Source: Nitrospirota bacterium
GTDB taxonomy: Bacteria > Nitrospirota > UBA9217
NCBI GenBank assembly: GCA_963840455.1
Contig: CAWIYV010000009.1
Location: forward strand, 64,001 to 128,000
Length of the DNA: 64,000 nt
Reading direction: 5' to 3'
How positions within the stretch are numbered: the first letter of the stretch is position 1; the number at the start of each line of letters is the position of its first letter. The notes beneath the pieces are model-generated. The model ran no database searches and was not told the origin of the DNA. It saw only the letters and a program-made list of their open reading frames with translations. Below are positions 51,002-60,611 of the stretch, piece by piece. The translations under genes and the position numbers were made by a program.

Positions 51002-51204
51002 TGTGGTCTCCGTGACTATAATGGGATGCATACGCCGTTTCAGAGCACCCGTCCCGCGATCATCTTTTCCTTTCACCCGCGGGGGAACGGAATCCTTTAC
51101 CAGGCATTTGTACCATAGTGGTCTCGCCGACAGACCTGCCGCTCTTCACGCGTGGGGAAGAAACCCGTTGATCCGGCCCGCTTTCCCGGGATCACGCTAC
51201 ATTC

Positions 51205-51460
51205 CTATTCCGATTTGTCTCATTTCGCATTGTCCCAGAATAGCCACTCTTCGATCATCACGCCGCCTTTCCAGTGTCCCACGGTACATGGGAATGCTGA
51301 ACTCCATGCCTGTGGGTTGAACGAACTTCCGTCTCCGATCGGCATGGGCTCGTAAAAGTCCCGGTCATGACCCCGATGACCGAGGTGAATTCGCCGGACC
51401 CGAACTTGATCGGATGGACTTTGATGGCAGTATCGGGCGCACGAAAAACAGATTCTACGG
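51205..51460 (-). pseudogene. Ester cyclase (SnoaL-like) relic with several frameshifts
   Basis: APDT.IK.HPIKFGSGE.TSVIGVM.GTFT / PMPIGDG / CTVGHWK.GVM.EE.LFWDN spread over different frames; 5' end missing. Confidence 0.7.
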
Positions 51461-51508
51461 TCCGGTTTGCCCCGCACCGTTGAAGTGTAACATAGGCTTG
51501 CCCCGGCA

Positions 51509-51742
51509 TCACCGGTCATGGGACCCGTCGCAATAGGGTGGTCGCCCGGTCTTCCCGCAGCCGCAAAGAGAGACTTCCTCGGATATATTGATCACGAACT
51601 CAAACGGCTTTTTCCCTGTGCCGCCATGGGAACTATCACAGAATGGTTCGATCTCGCTCTTCCCGCAGCTGCACCAGTAATAGGTCCCTTTTTTCAGCCA
51701 CATCGTGTATGGCGCGTTCTTCGGCATGCAGGGAACCTCCAT
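51509..51742 (-). CDS. Tandem CDGSH iron-sulfur domain protein
   Basis: WCSCGKS..EPFCDSSH and LCGCGKT..PPYCDGSH. Confidence 0.88.
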   Translation of the reverse strand: MEVPCMPKNAPYTMWLKKGTYYWCSCGKSEIEPFCDSSHGGTGKKPFEFVINISEEVSLCGCGKTGRPPYCDGSHDR

Positions 51743-51775
51743 GATCTTCAGTATAAGTATAGCTCAGAGGTGATC

Positions 51776-52639
51776 CTACTTCTTTCCCTGTTTGATGAAC
51801 GTGCCGTTCCGGTACTCCTCGAAGGCCGTCTCCAGCTCTTCTTCCGTGTTCATCACGATGGGTCCGTGCCAGGCCACCGGCTCTCCGATGGGCTTTCCGG
51901 AGATGAGCAGGAAGCGCACGGGCTCATCACCGGTGGTGATCTTTACCTGATCGCCATCGGCAAAGAGGCAGATGGTTCCGTTCCCGACGGTCTGGTCCTT
52001 CTGCTGGTCAAAGCGCCCTTTTCCCTCGATGACATAGGCGAACACCGTGTGCCCCCGCTTGGTCGCGTGCACGAACTCGGTGCGCTCAGGTACCGACACG
52101 TCCAGGTATTCCGGATCGATGATGATGCCCTTGACGGGACCTTCATGCTTTCCGACCTTGCCGCAGATGACCTTGACCTTCGCGCCGCTCTCCAGTTTCA
52201 CCACGGGGACCTGCCCGCTCTTGATGTCGCGGTAGCGGGGATCCATCATCTTGTGGGTCCGGGGCAGGTTGGCCCAGAGCTGGAATCCCTCCATCTTTCC
52301 CTCATAGGTACCCCGGGGCATCTCCTGGTGGATAATGCCGCTCCCGGCGGTCATCCACTGCGTGTCGCCCGAGGAGATGACGCCCTTGTTCCCCATGCTG
52401 TCGCCGTGCTCCACGTCACCCTGCAGGACATAGGTGATCGTCTCGATGCCGCGGTGCGGGTGCCAGGGGAAGCCCGCGAGATAATGGTCCGGATTGTCGG
52501 ACCGGAAATCATCCATCATCAGGAAGGGGTCGAAGAGCGGCACTTCGTTGTATCCAAATGCGCGCTTGAGGTGCACGCCGGCGCCTTCCATCGTTGGCTT
52601 GCTCGAGATGAGCTTGCGGATCGTTCTTGTTTCCTTCAT
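51776..52639 (-). CDS. Pirin-family protein
   Basis: DPFL..D.F, GFPWHPHRGIETITY, QWMTAGSGI.HQE, QLW.NLP, GP.VMNT. Confidence 0.93.
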   Translation of the reverse strand: MKETRTIRKLISSKPTMEGAGVHLKRAFGYNEVPLFDPFLMMDDFRSDNPDHYLAGFPWHPHRGIETITYVLQGDVEHGDSMGNKGVISSGDTQWMTAGSGIIHQEMPRGTYEGKMEGFQLWANLPRTHKMMDPRYRDIKSGQVPVVKLESGAKVKVICGKVGKHEGPVKGIIIDPEYLDVSVPERTEFVHATKRGHTVFAYVIEGKGRFDQQKDQTVGNGTICLFADGDQVKITTGDEPVRFLLISGKPIGEPVAWHGPIVMNTEEELETAFEEYRNGTFIKQGKK

Positions 52640-52726
52640 GGTAGTCCTCCTTCAGTGTGGCAGGTTGCTGCGATATCTCCCTCGAACTTCTGACCAGTGT
52701 TCCGCGTCTGCGCGTTTTTCCGCTGT

Positions 52727-52758
52727 AAAAAAGAGGGGGCCGCTCCCCAGCGGCCCCC
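52727..52758 (-). terminator. Rho-independent terminator after doxX
   Basis: GGGGGCCGCT-GGGG-AGCGGCCCCC followed by a U-tract on the minus strand. Confidence 0.75.
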
Positions 52759-52790
52759 GTACTGCTCTACCCACCTGGTCAGAACAACGC

Positions 52791-53240
52791 TTAGCTGACG
52801 TTGTGCTCTACGAACCGGTCAAGGGACCACTTCCCGCCACCCTTGATGATCAACGCAATGGCCATACCGATCACGAGGATATGAAACTCGAAGCCTTCAC
52901 CCTTCTGGTTCCCGAACCAGTTCATAAAGAACCCGTTCTGCCAGTGCAGCATGTACACGGCAACGGCCATGTTCATGCCGATGCCAAAGGCCGCCACGCG
53001 GGTGAAGAGCCCGGTGATCAATCCGAGGGAACCAAGCCCCTCAGCCATGATCGCCAGGAATGCAAAAACGGCCGGGATTCCCATCTTATCGGTGAACATG
53101 CCTAACGTGCCCGTAAAACCAGGCCCTCCGAACCACCCGAAGAGCTTCTGCATGCCATGGGGGAAGAACACCACACCCAGTGCGATCCTGATCACCATGA
53201 TCGCAATATCATTGTCCGTCCGGACCAATTTCTTGAACAT
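52791..53240 (-). CDS. DoxX-family membrane protein
   Basis: RIALG.VFFPHG.QKLFGWFGG.G, GL.TR.AA, G.G.EFH.L, GGG.WSLD. Confidence 0.92.
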   Translation of the reverse strand: MFKKLVRTDNDIAIMVIRIALGVVFFPHGMQKLFGWFGGPGFTGTLGMFTDKMGIPAVFAFLAIMAEGLGSLGLITGLFTRVAAFGIGMNMAVAVYMLHWQNGFFMNWFGNQKGEGFEFHILVIGMAIALIIKGGGKWSLDRFVEHNVS

Positions 53241-53284
53241 ATGCGCCTCCTTTCGCTGCGCCGCCGCAGCTTGTTCAGGTATTT

Positions 53285-53503
53285 CTATTTCGCGTGCGTC
53301 CCATCACAGAAGGGCGGGTTCTTGGTTCGCTGACACGCGCACAAAGCGACCTGTTCGGTCTTCTTGATGACGAATTCCACCGGCTCCTTGCCGGTTCCTT
53401 TGTGGGAGCCGTCGCAGAACGGTTCCTTGAGGCTCTTTCCGCAGCTGCACCAGGAGTACGTGCCGGGATGGAGCGTAACGCTGAATGGTATGTTCTTCGG
53501 CAT
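53285..53503 (-). CDS. Tandem CDGSH iron-sulfur domain protein (paralog)
   Basis: WCSCGKS..EPFCDGSH and LCACQRT..PPFCDGTH; RBS AGGAGG. Confidence 0.88.
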   Translation of the reverse strand: MPKNIPFSVTLHPGTYSWCSCGKSLKEPFCDGSHKGTGKEPVEFVIKKTEQVALCACQRTKNPPFCDGTHAK

Positions 53504-53558
53504 CAGGCCAACCTCCTCTTATTGATAAGCTTTTTTATGGTATCGGTCCGAAGACCGG

Positions 53559-54020
53559 TCAGCTTCTTGCTTTCCTTTCCTGCAGGCCGACCTTCCTGCA
53601 GAGACGTCCCAACTCGTCCTGCTCCGCTTTGGTCAACACGCTCATCTCTTTGACGATGCGGCGCACGTGGCCGGGGAAGAAAGACGTAATAAGCGCCGAG
53701 CCTTTTGTCGTGATCCGCACGGAATAGTGCCGCCGGTCCTTTTCTTCCCGGACCCGCTCCACGAGGCCTTGTTTTTCCAGGTTGTCCACCACCATCGTGA
53801 TGTTGCCGGTGCTCTTCAGGATCTTGGATGCCAGGTCCTTCTGATAGAGGGGACCCAGGTGGTACAATGCCTCAAGCGCCCCGAACTGGCTTACCGAAAG
53901 ACCTATCTCGCTGAAAGGGGACTCTACCCGGCCTGATACCGACTGGGCCGCCCGCACCAGCTTGATGAAGGCGTTCAGCGCCCTCGTTTCCTCTTTTGTC
54001 CCTTCATATCGTGTTCCCAT
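53559..54020 (-). CDS. MarR-family regulator (MhqR-like)
   Basis: GL..SQF..LEAL.HLGPL....L...IL...GNIT.VVD.LEK.GLV.R.....DRR. Confidence 0.9.
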   Translation of the reverse strand: MGTRYEGTKEETRALNAFIKLVRAAQSVSGRVESPFSEIGLSVSQFGALEALYHLGPLYQKDLASKILKSTGNITMVVDNLEKQGLVERVREEKDRRHYSVRITTKGSALITSFFPGHVRRIVKEMSVLTKAEQDELGRLCRKVGLQERKARS

Positions 54021-54037
54021 GGTAGTTCCATATCATA

Positions 54038-54084
54038 TAGTTTAACGTTAAACTAATAGTACCGCGAGAAGGGCGGATTGTCAA
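54038..54084 (-). promoter_or_regulatory. Sigma70 promoter plus perfect 18-bp palindromic operator upstream of marR
   Basis: TTGACA(54084-79)-17 nt-TACTAT(54061-56); TAGTTTAACGTTAAACTA at 54038-54055. Confidence 0.8.
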
Positions 54085-54191
54085 GAACAAATAATGAGTG
54101 TGCGTACCCCGGTTGGGGATGAGGTAGAAAAAGATGCCGTTGTCTTTTTTGGGCAGTTCGCTGTAGAGGGGATGGGGAGGGAGGGACCGGC

Positions 54192-54950
54192 CTACAGCTT
54201 CCCGAATGACCAGTACCAGGCAAGGCTCAGGTACTCGGCCAGGGCGGTCGACGACGTATCGAGAGCGCCGGTGCGGGGCAGGAGAGCGGTGATCGAGAAG
54301 GGCCGCGACGCAGATTTATATGCCGCAGGGGCGGGAATGACAGAGAAACCCTGTTTCCTGAACATGCCTGCGGCCCGCTTCAGGTGAAAGGCCGAGGTGA
54401 CAAGGATGATGGTCCTGCCGGAGACCAGGCCCTTGACCTGTTCCGCATTCTCCCACGTGTTCCGTGATCGGTTCTCGATGACGAGGTCCCCACGCGGGTA
54501 CCCGAGCTTGACCGCAAGAGCGGCCATGGCATCCGCCTCCCGGGCCTCCGTGGGGGCGAGTGCGCCGCTTCCGCCGGACACGACGAGGGGGATGCGGAGG
54601 TTCCGGGCAATGCGGATGCCTTCGATGAGGCGTTGCAGCGATGAGGGCGAGGGCTCTGGCCTGGCAGGCAGCCAGGAAAGGTCCGTGACCCCGCTGCCCA
54701 GGACAACGACCGCATCTGCCTTGATGTCCGCGATGTTGAGAGGCAGGTACGCGGCCTCAAGGGGCCTGATCAGCCTGTCTGATACCGGTTCAAGGCTCAG
54801 AATGTAGAGAAGAGCGATGCCTGCTGCCACAAGTGTCCTGCCGGCGCTCGGGTGCCGGCGGAGGAGGATCAGGCCGGCGAGGATGAGGACAAGAAGGCTG
54901 GCCGGCGGCAGAAGGAGCAACAGAAGGACCTTGGATATGATGAAACCCAT
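54192..54950 (-). CDS. YdcF/ElyC (DUF218) family protein
   Basis: VVLG.G, RL.EG, VSGG, E..SRNT.ENA, LVTSA.H..RA. Confidence 0.88.
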   Translation of the reverse strand: MGFIISKVLLLLLLPPASLLVLILAGLILLRRHPSAGRTLVAAGIALLYILSLEPVSDRLIRPLEAAYLPLNIADIKADAVVVLGSGVTDLSWLPARPEPSPSSLQRLIEGIRIARNLRIPLVVSGGSGALAPTEAREADAMAALAVKLGYPRGDLVIENRSRNTWENAEQVKGLVSGRTIILVTSAFHLKRAAGMFRKQGFSVIPAPAAYKSASRPFSITALLPRTGALDTSSTALAEYLSLAWYWSFGKL

Positions 54951-55082
54951 AATGAAATCGCTCCCAAGCCGGACAGGACGGGACCGGCAGGATCGGACCA
55001 CGAATCTCGCGGCCGCAGGCTATCGATGATGCGCATGGCGGAACACCCGGGAAACGGCAAGCAAGGGATCTCTCCGGCCCCG

Positions 55083-56618
55083 TTAGTGGGCAGCTGGTGG
55101 TCCTTCCGCCGTGGCGGAAGCGCGCTTCATCAACAGCACCAGCGGCAGCATGCACAGCATGAGCAGGCAGATCGAGAGAAAGGCGTCGGCGAAGGCAAGG
55201 GTCGTGGACTGCCGCACCAGCTCCCGGTACATCATGCCGTCGGCGCCTGCAGGGGGCAGGCCTTTCCCTGTCAGGAACGACGAGATCCGGTCATGGGAGA
55301 TGACATAGGCTGGATCGAACGGGGAAAGGTGCTCCACGAGCCGGGTCTGGTGGAACTGCGCGCGGCGCGACAGCATGGTGGTAGTGAAGGCGATGCCCAC
55401 GCTTCCGCCCAGGTTCCTGAGGAGGTTGTACAGCGAGCTCGCCTCGGTCATATGCTCCCGCGGGATGTGGGAGAGCGTCAGGGTGGTGAGGGGGATGAAG
55501 GTCATGCCCATGCCGAAACCGAGGGCGACGCGCGGCCAGACAAAGGTCCAGAAGTCTGTGGTGAGATTGAACCGGGACATCATGTAGGTGCTGAGGGAGC
55601 AGATCGATATCCCGACGGCGAGCAGCTGCTTGGGGTTCACCTTGCTGACGAGCTTGCCGGCGATCGGCATGGCGAACATGGTCGCGATGCCGCCCGGGCC
55701 GAGCACAAGGCCCGCGTAGAACGAGGTGTAGCCCATCATCATCTGGAGATAGACCGGCAGCAGCACGATGCTGCCAAAGAGGTTCAGGAACACGAAGAAC
55801 ATGACCGTGGCGCCGCTCGTGAAGGTGCGGTCCTTCAGTAATTTCAGATTGACGATGGGCTGCTCGGAATAATACTCGTTGATCACGAGCAGGGTGAGTG
55901 CCACTATCGAAACGATGGAAAAGCCGATGATGAGGTCCGACGAGAACCAGTCGTCGCTTTCCCCCTTGTCCAGGACGAACTGGAGCGATCCCAGGCCGAT
56001 CGCCAGAAAGAGCAGGCCCCAGTAGTCGACCTTCATCTTCTGGCGCTGCATATAGGGTGGGTCCTCGATCACCAGAACGTTCATGACGATCGACAGGATG
56101 CCGATGGGGATGTTGATGTAGAAGATCCAGCGCCAGGAGAAGGTGTCGGTGATCCAGCCGCCCAGGAGCGGGCCAACGATGGGGCCCAGCATGGCGCCCA
56201 GGCCGAAAATGGCCATGGCCTGGCCGTGCTTCTCCCGCGGGAAGGACTCGAGCAGGATCGACTGGCTGATGGGAACGAGGCCGCCTCCCCCGATGCCCTG
56301 GAGGATGCGGAAGAACACCAGACTGTTCAGGCTCCAGGCGGAGCCGCACATGAAGGAGCTGAAGGTGAAGAGGGCGATGGAGGCGATCTGGTAGTTCTTC
56401 CGGCCGATGAGCTTGGCGAGCCACCCCGACATGGGGATGACGATGGCGTTCGAGACAAGGTAGGCGGTGATGGTCCACGTGGCCTCATCGTAGCCCGCGG
56501 AGAGCGACCCCCGGATGTGGTCGAGCGATACGTTGACGATCGAGGTGTCGATGATCTCGATCAGCGTCGGCAGCATCACCGTGAAGGCGATGAGGCCGCG
56601 GCTCGGTCCTGGTTTCAT
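55083..56618 (-). CDS. emrB: DHA2/EmrB-family MFS efflux permease
   Basis: D.SIVNV.L, W.IT.YL, RILQG.GGG, GP..GP.LGGWITD..SWRWIFYIN.P; 14-TM pattern. Confidence 0.9.
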   Translation of the reverse strand: MKPGPSRGLIAFTVMLPTLIEIIDTSIVNVSLDHIRGSLSAGYDEATWTITAYLVSNAIVIPMSGWLAKLIGRKNYQIASIALFTFSSFMCGSAWSLNSLVFFRILQGIGGGGLVPISQSILLESFPREKHGQAMAIFGLGAMLGPIVGPLLGGWITDTFSWRWIFYINIPIGILSIVMNVLVIEDPPYMQRQKMKVDYWGLLFLAIGLGSLQFVLDKGESDDWFSSDLIIGFSIVSIVALTLLVINEYYSEQPIVNLKLLKDRTFTSGATVMFFVFLNLFGSIVLLPVYLQMMMGYTSFYAGLVLGPGGIATMFAMPIAGKLVSKVNPKQLLAVGISICSLSTYMMSRFNLTTDFWTFVWPRVALGFGMGMTFIPLTTLTLSHIPREHMTEASSLYNLLRNLGGSVGIAFTTTMLSRRAQFHQTRLVEHLSPFDPAYVISHDRISSFLTGKGLPPAGADGMMYRELVRQSTTLAFADAFLSICLLMLCMLPLVLLMKRASATAEGPPAAH

Positions 56619-56756
56619 TGCAGTTCTTTCATATCATACAAGGATAGTTTTAACGCAGAAAAAGTATGATTGGATTATGAGGAACGCTGTTAAAGACCTG
56701 CTATAGGGAATCATGGGCAAATCAGCGTAACTCAGCGTTGAATTCTCTTTCCAAGA

Positions 56757-57644
56757 TTATTTTACGAGCACCGTCGGAATGACGGACATCCCGACGCGCA
56801 GGACATGGTCCTTGTCCTCGCCCGGCGCAAGCACGATCTTGACCGGGATGCGCTGGACAACCTTCACATAGTTGCCCGTGGCGTTCTCGGCCGGGAAGAG
56901 GGAGAAGCTCACGCCGGTCCCTGCCATGATGCTGTCCACCTGGCCCTTGAAGGTCACGCCGGGGTAGGCATCCACCGTGATCCTCACATCCATGCCCGGC
57001 CGGATGCCTTCCAGCTCGGTCTCCTTGTAATTGGCCACGATGTAGAGGTTGTTCAGCTCCACGACCGCCATCAGGGGCTGACTGTCCTTCACCTGGTTGC
57101 CCGTCTGGACGGACTTCTTCGTGATGTAGCCGTCCGACGGCGCAATGATCCGGGTATAGCCCAGGTTGAGCTCTGCCTGCCGGAGCTGCTCCTCGGCAAG
57201 TTTTACCTGTGCCCGGGCGATCTCAGCGGTCGAGACCGTCTTGTCATACCGCTCCGCCGAGCTCACATCCTGCTCATACAGGGCCTTGGCGCGCTTCAAT
57301 TCGCTCTCGGCGAGGCGCAGGTTGGCCTTCTGGAGCTCCAGGGTCGCCCGGGCGGCCTCTGCCTTCGACCGGTAATCCGCCGGGTCCAGCTCGACCAGGA
57401 CATCGCCTTGTTTGACCCGCTGGTTGTCCACGACCGCCACGGTCCTGACGTTGCCGCTGACGCGAGCCGCGATGGTGTGGATGTTCCCATCGACGAAGGC
57501 GTCATCGGTCGAGACATGGGTCTTGCGATAACTGTTGTAGAAGTAACCGGCCGTCAGGCCGACCGCCACCACGGCGGCAACGATCATGAAGGCCGTCTTT
57601 TTCTTTTGTCCGCTGTTCTGCGGCTGTGGTTGCTGCTCTGCCAT
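56757..57644 (-). CDS. emrA: EmrA/HlyD-family efflux adaptor
   Basis: STDDAFV, I.AP.DG, ANYKET, FSL.P.ENATGNYVKVVQR.PVKI. Confidence 0.9.
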   Translation of the reverse strand: MAEQQPQPQNSGQKKKTAFMIVAAVVAVGLTAGYFYNSYRKTHVSTDDAFVDGNIHTIAARVSGNVRTVAVVDNQRVKQGDVLVELDPADYRSKAEAARATLELQKANLRLAESELKRAKALYEQDVSSAERYDKTVSTAEIARAQVKLAEEQLRQAELNLGYTRIIAPSDGYITKKSVQTGNQVKDSQPLMAVVELNNLYIVANYKETELEGIRPGMDVRITVDAYPGVTFKGQVDSIMAGTGVSFSLFPAENATGNYVKVVQRIPVKIVLAPGEDKDHVLRVGMSVIPTVLVK

Positions 57645-57747
57645 GCTGAAAGCTCCTTGATCGTAATAACAGCACTTGACACTGATCAGATCGGATAAGC
57701 ACCGGATAACGGCGGATGTGCTTCAACGCCATTTCCCGGGCAATCGG

Positions 57748-59059
57748 TCATTTACCGATGTATGCGCCGGCCAGGTCCCTGCCCATGGTGTACAGGAGCG
57801 CGGCCTCGGCGCGCCGGACGCCGAAGTTGGCCTTCCAGGCGTTGGTCTCGGCCGTGGTCATGAGCGTCACCGCATCCAAGACGTCGGTAGAGGTGCCGAC
57901 GCCCTCCTTGTAGCGGAGCCGCTGGAGCCGGAGGTTCTCTTCTGCCTGGGCCACGGCCGCCGTGGCGACCTCGACCTTCTGGGTCGAGCTCTGGAGGTCG
58001 AGCCAGGCGGCCTGCGCGTCGAGGCGGACCGCGTCAAGGAGCTTCTCCCGGCTGATCCGCAGGGACAGGAGCTCACCCTTCGTCATGCTGACCCTCGATG
58101 ATGTCACCCCGCCCGAGGAAAGGTTGATATTTATTCCGGCGATGAAGGCCCAGTTGTCCTGATGGACCATGTACTGGTTCTCGTTGTATTCGTAGCCGCC
58201 CGAGACATAGACGGAGGGCAGGTATTCCGCGCGCACGGCGCTGACGCTTTCCTCCTTTGCCCTCACCCGGGCGTCGAGGTCTCTGAGGTCGGGATTCGCC
58301 TGCTCGGCCTCGGCCCAGGCCTGCTCCAGGGATACTGCCCCGACAGGCGTCCCGACGATCTCCGCCGGCCTCACCGGATCGTTCAGCGGCCGCATCAGCG
58401 TGCTGTTGAGCTTCGACACCCGGAGCGATCGGTTGTTCTCGGCGGTCAGCAGGCGCTGCTTCGAGTCGGCGAGCATGACATCCGTCTGGAGCACCTCGTT
58501 CCGGGTGAGCCACGCCCGCCTTGAGCCGCGCCTCCGCGTCCTTGCGATGGGCCTCATAGCGGGTGACCTCCTCCTGGGCGACCTTCAGCAGTTCCTCGGC
58601 CTCGAGGAGGTCGAAGTAGGCGGAAATGAACTCGAGGGCGGCCCGGTTCCGGGTGCGGAAGGTCCCGGCCTCGCGGGACTTCAGGCCGTACTGTGCGGAG
58701 CTGACGGACGACGAGGTCTTGCCGAAGTCATACAGCAGCTGGGTGGCCTGAAAGCCGTAGGTCATGAACTGGTCCTGGGACGTGGGGACCCTATTGGGGC
58801 CGAATATGGCATAGGGCTGGTAGCGAAGCCAGGTCTCCCTGCCGTAGAGGTCGAGCTTGGGCAACCAGGGCGAACGCGCCAGGGACACGGCGCCCCTGGC
58901 CACCTCCTCGTCGGAGCGCGCGATGGTCACGTCCCGACCGTTCTCGGTGACGATCTTGAGCCCTTCCTGGAGCGTCAGGGCATGGCCGAAGACAGGGAAC
59001 AGGAACAGAGCCATGGCAGTGAACAGAGCGAATCCAGTAGAGGATGCAGCACGGCGCAT
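57748..59059 (-). pseudogene. TolC-family outer-membrane efflux protein, frameshifted near 58510
   Basis: ...ARLKAGV (ORF 58073-59059) continues as LTRNEVLQ... (ORF 57748-58557); extra G in GGCGTGGCTCACC. Confidence 0.85.
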
Positions 59060-59349
59060 GTATGCTTCTCCATCTGTTTTTTAAAGGGAAGTGCGGGAAG
59101 GTCCGGTCCTCCGCGCTGGGAGGGGCTCGACCCGATAAACTTAAGTATAATACAAACCGTGAGGAAAGTGAAGCAGGGAAACGCGAAAGGGGAACACCGG
59201 AGAGAAGGGGAAGATCATAACACGGAGACGTAAAGAGAGGAAAACGCGGGGGGCAGATAAAGCACAACCGAGGCGGGGACAGGGGAAAGACAGCGTAGCC
59301 GATCACACCAGTACCATCGATAGAAGATAAACGGTCATTAAAAGGAAGG

Positions 59350-59396
59350 GAAGCTCCCTGCAGCAAGCTGCGGGAATGCGCTCGCTCCTGGATCCA
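59350..59396 (-). repeat. Dispersed palindromic element, copy 5
   Basis: Reverse complement reads TGGATCCAGGAGCGAGCGCATTCCCGCAGCTTGCTGCAGGGAGCTTC. Confidence 0.75.
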
Positions 59397-59623
59397 TACA
59401 AAAGCAGGAATATGTCTCGCCAAGTCGCAAAGACTTCGGTAAGTTCAGTCGAGTCGCACAGTCGAATGTGTGCAAAGAAAACCGGATAGTGAGGTTTAGA
59501 TCTTTGCGTCCTCTGCAAGCTGGTTTGCGAGAGACGGCATGTGGTGGAGGTCTATTCCGAACCTGTCGGGGTCAGGAAACGAGGCGTGGTCTATGACGTG
59601 GGATATAACGAGGGCCGGGAAGA

Positions 59624-60112
59624 TCAGGAACTTGCTGCCACCGGGCTCAAGTAGCGAACGGCCTGCTCCTCGACATGTTTCCGATGGTCCTTCATTCTGC
59701 TCTGAAGGCCCTTTAGGAGGATGGCTGTTTCTTTGTCGCTGCTCTGGAAGTGATCAAAGATCCTTTGGACGAGAAGAGAGTTTTCTATATTGAGCGCCAG
59801 GGAGAAAGCGGCCTCGAGGGTGGGGGCTTTGTCCTTCACTTTGGCGAGATTGCCCTCAAGATATTTTACGTAGGATTCGACGGTGTAGCTCCTGAGCTTC
59901 TTTTCATGGAAGATCACTGAGTCGGTCTGTGTCTTTTTGTACAGATATTCGACCCACTCGGCATGTTCTAGTTCTTCCCGGCACAGGTCGGTCCAGAACT
60001 CGCGGGTCTTCGGGAACAGGCTTGCGAAGAAACGGTACATTTCAGCGATCAGCAGTTCCTGACGGTTGAACAGGAGGATCATTTTTCCCTGGTATGTTTT
60101 GAGCTGGGCCAA
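59624..60112 (-). CDS. Ferritin-like / rubrerythrin-like four-helix protein
   Basis: E..IA.MY..F...FP....FW..L..EE..HA, A...AL.IE, H. Confidence 0.7.
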   Translation of the reverse strand: MAQLKTYQGKMILLFNRQELLIAEMYRFFASLFPKTREFWTDLCREELEHAEWVEYLYKKTQTDSVIFHEKKLRSYTVESYVKYLEGNLAKVKDKAPTLEAAFSLALNIENSLLVQRIFDHFQSSDKETAILLKGLQSRMKDHRKHVEEQAVRYLSPVAASS

Positions 60113-60141
60113 GAAAGATGTCCTTTCGTGATCTTTGCCAT

Positions 60142-60170
60142 AATATAACCAATATAAATACTATTGTCAA
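60142..60170 (-). promoter_or_regulatory. Sigma70-like promoter for the ferritin-like gene
   Basis: TTGACA-17 nt-TATATT on the minus strand in an AT-rich gap. Confidence 0.5.
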
Positions 60171-60611
60171 TAATTATTAGATAATATAAATCAAATAGTT
60201 GCCATGTTTTATCTTCGTACATCCGTGAAGTTGAGCGTCCAACCGCCGTCTTTCATGATGATAGGTCCTGTATGTCTGAGAAAAGAACTTGCTATTTTTC
60301 GGTGAACCTGTATAATGCCCGGGACTGAAAAATAACGGGGCAGGAATACCCAAGACGTTTCCCGGTTCGCACGCTTCCTGATAGTCCCCATTCATCGATC
60401 ACTGACCCCCTTCTTCCTTTCCGTTTTCTCCCAAACTGAAACTGGTTGGCACGTATGGTTGGCGAACGATGTTGTTATGCCGGTCATAACAGTGCTGTCG
60501 CCGTCCTCGCTACCCAGGGCCACGGTGTGACCCTGCGGCGCGCACGCTAACACCCAGCCGGTTCTGACGCGGACCTTTACGGTCCCGTGCCCAGACCATA
60601 TAAGGAGCACC

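Noticed and set aside
59405-59535. CTCGCCAAGTCGCAAAG...CTTTGCGTCCTCTGC-type degenerate repeats (similar tracts near 56650-56740 and 4520-4550)
   Set aside because: They resemble short intergenic repeat families but are too degenerate to delimit reliably
60446-60465. TGGCACGTATGGTTGGC as a sigma54 promoter for the helicase
   Set aside because: Spacing is wrong: GG-N10 is followed by TG, not GC
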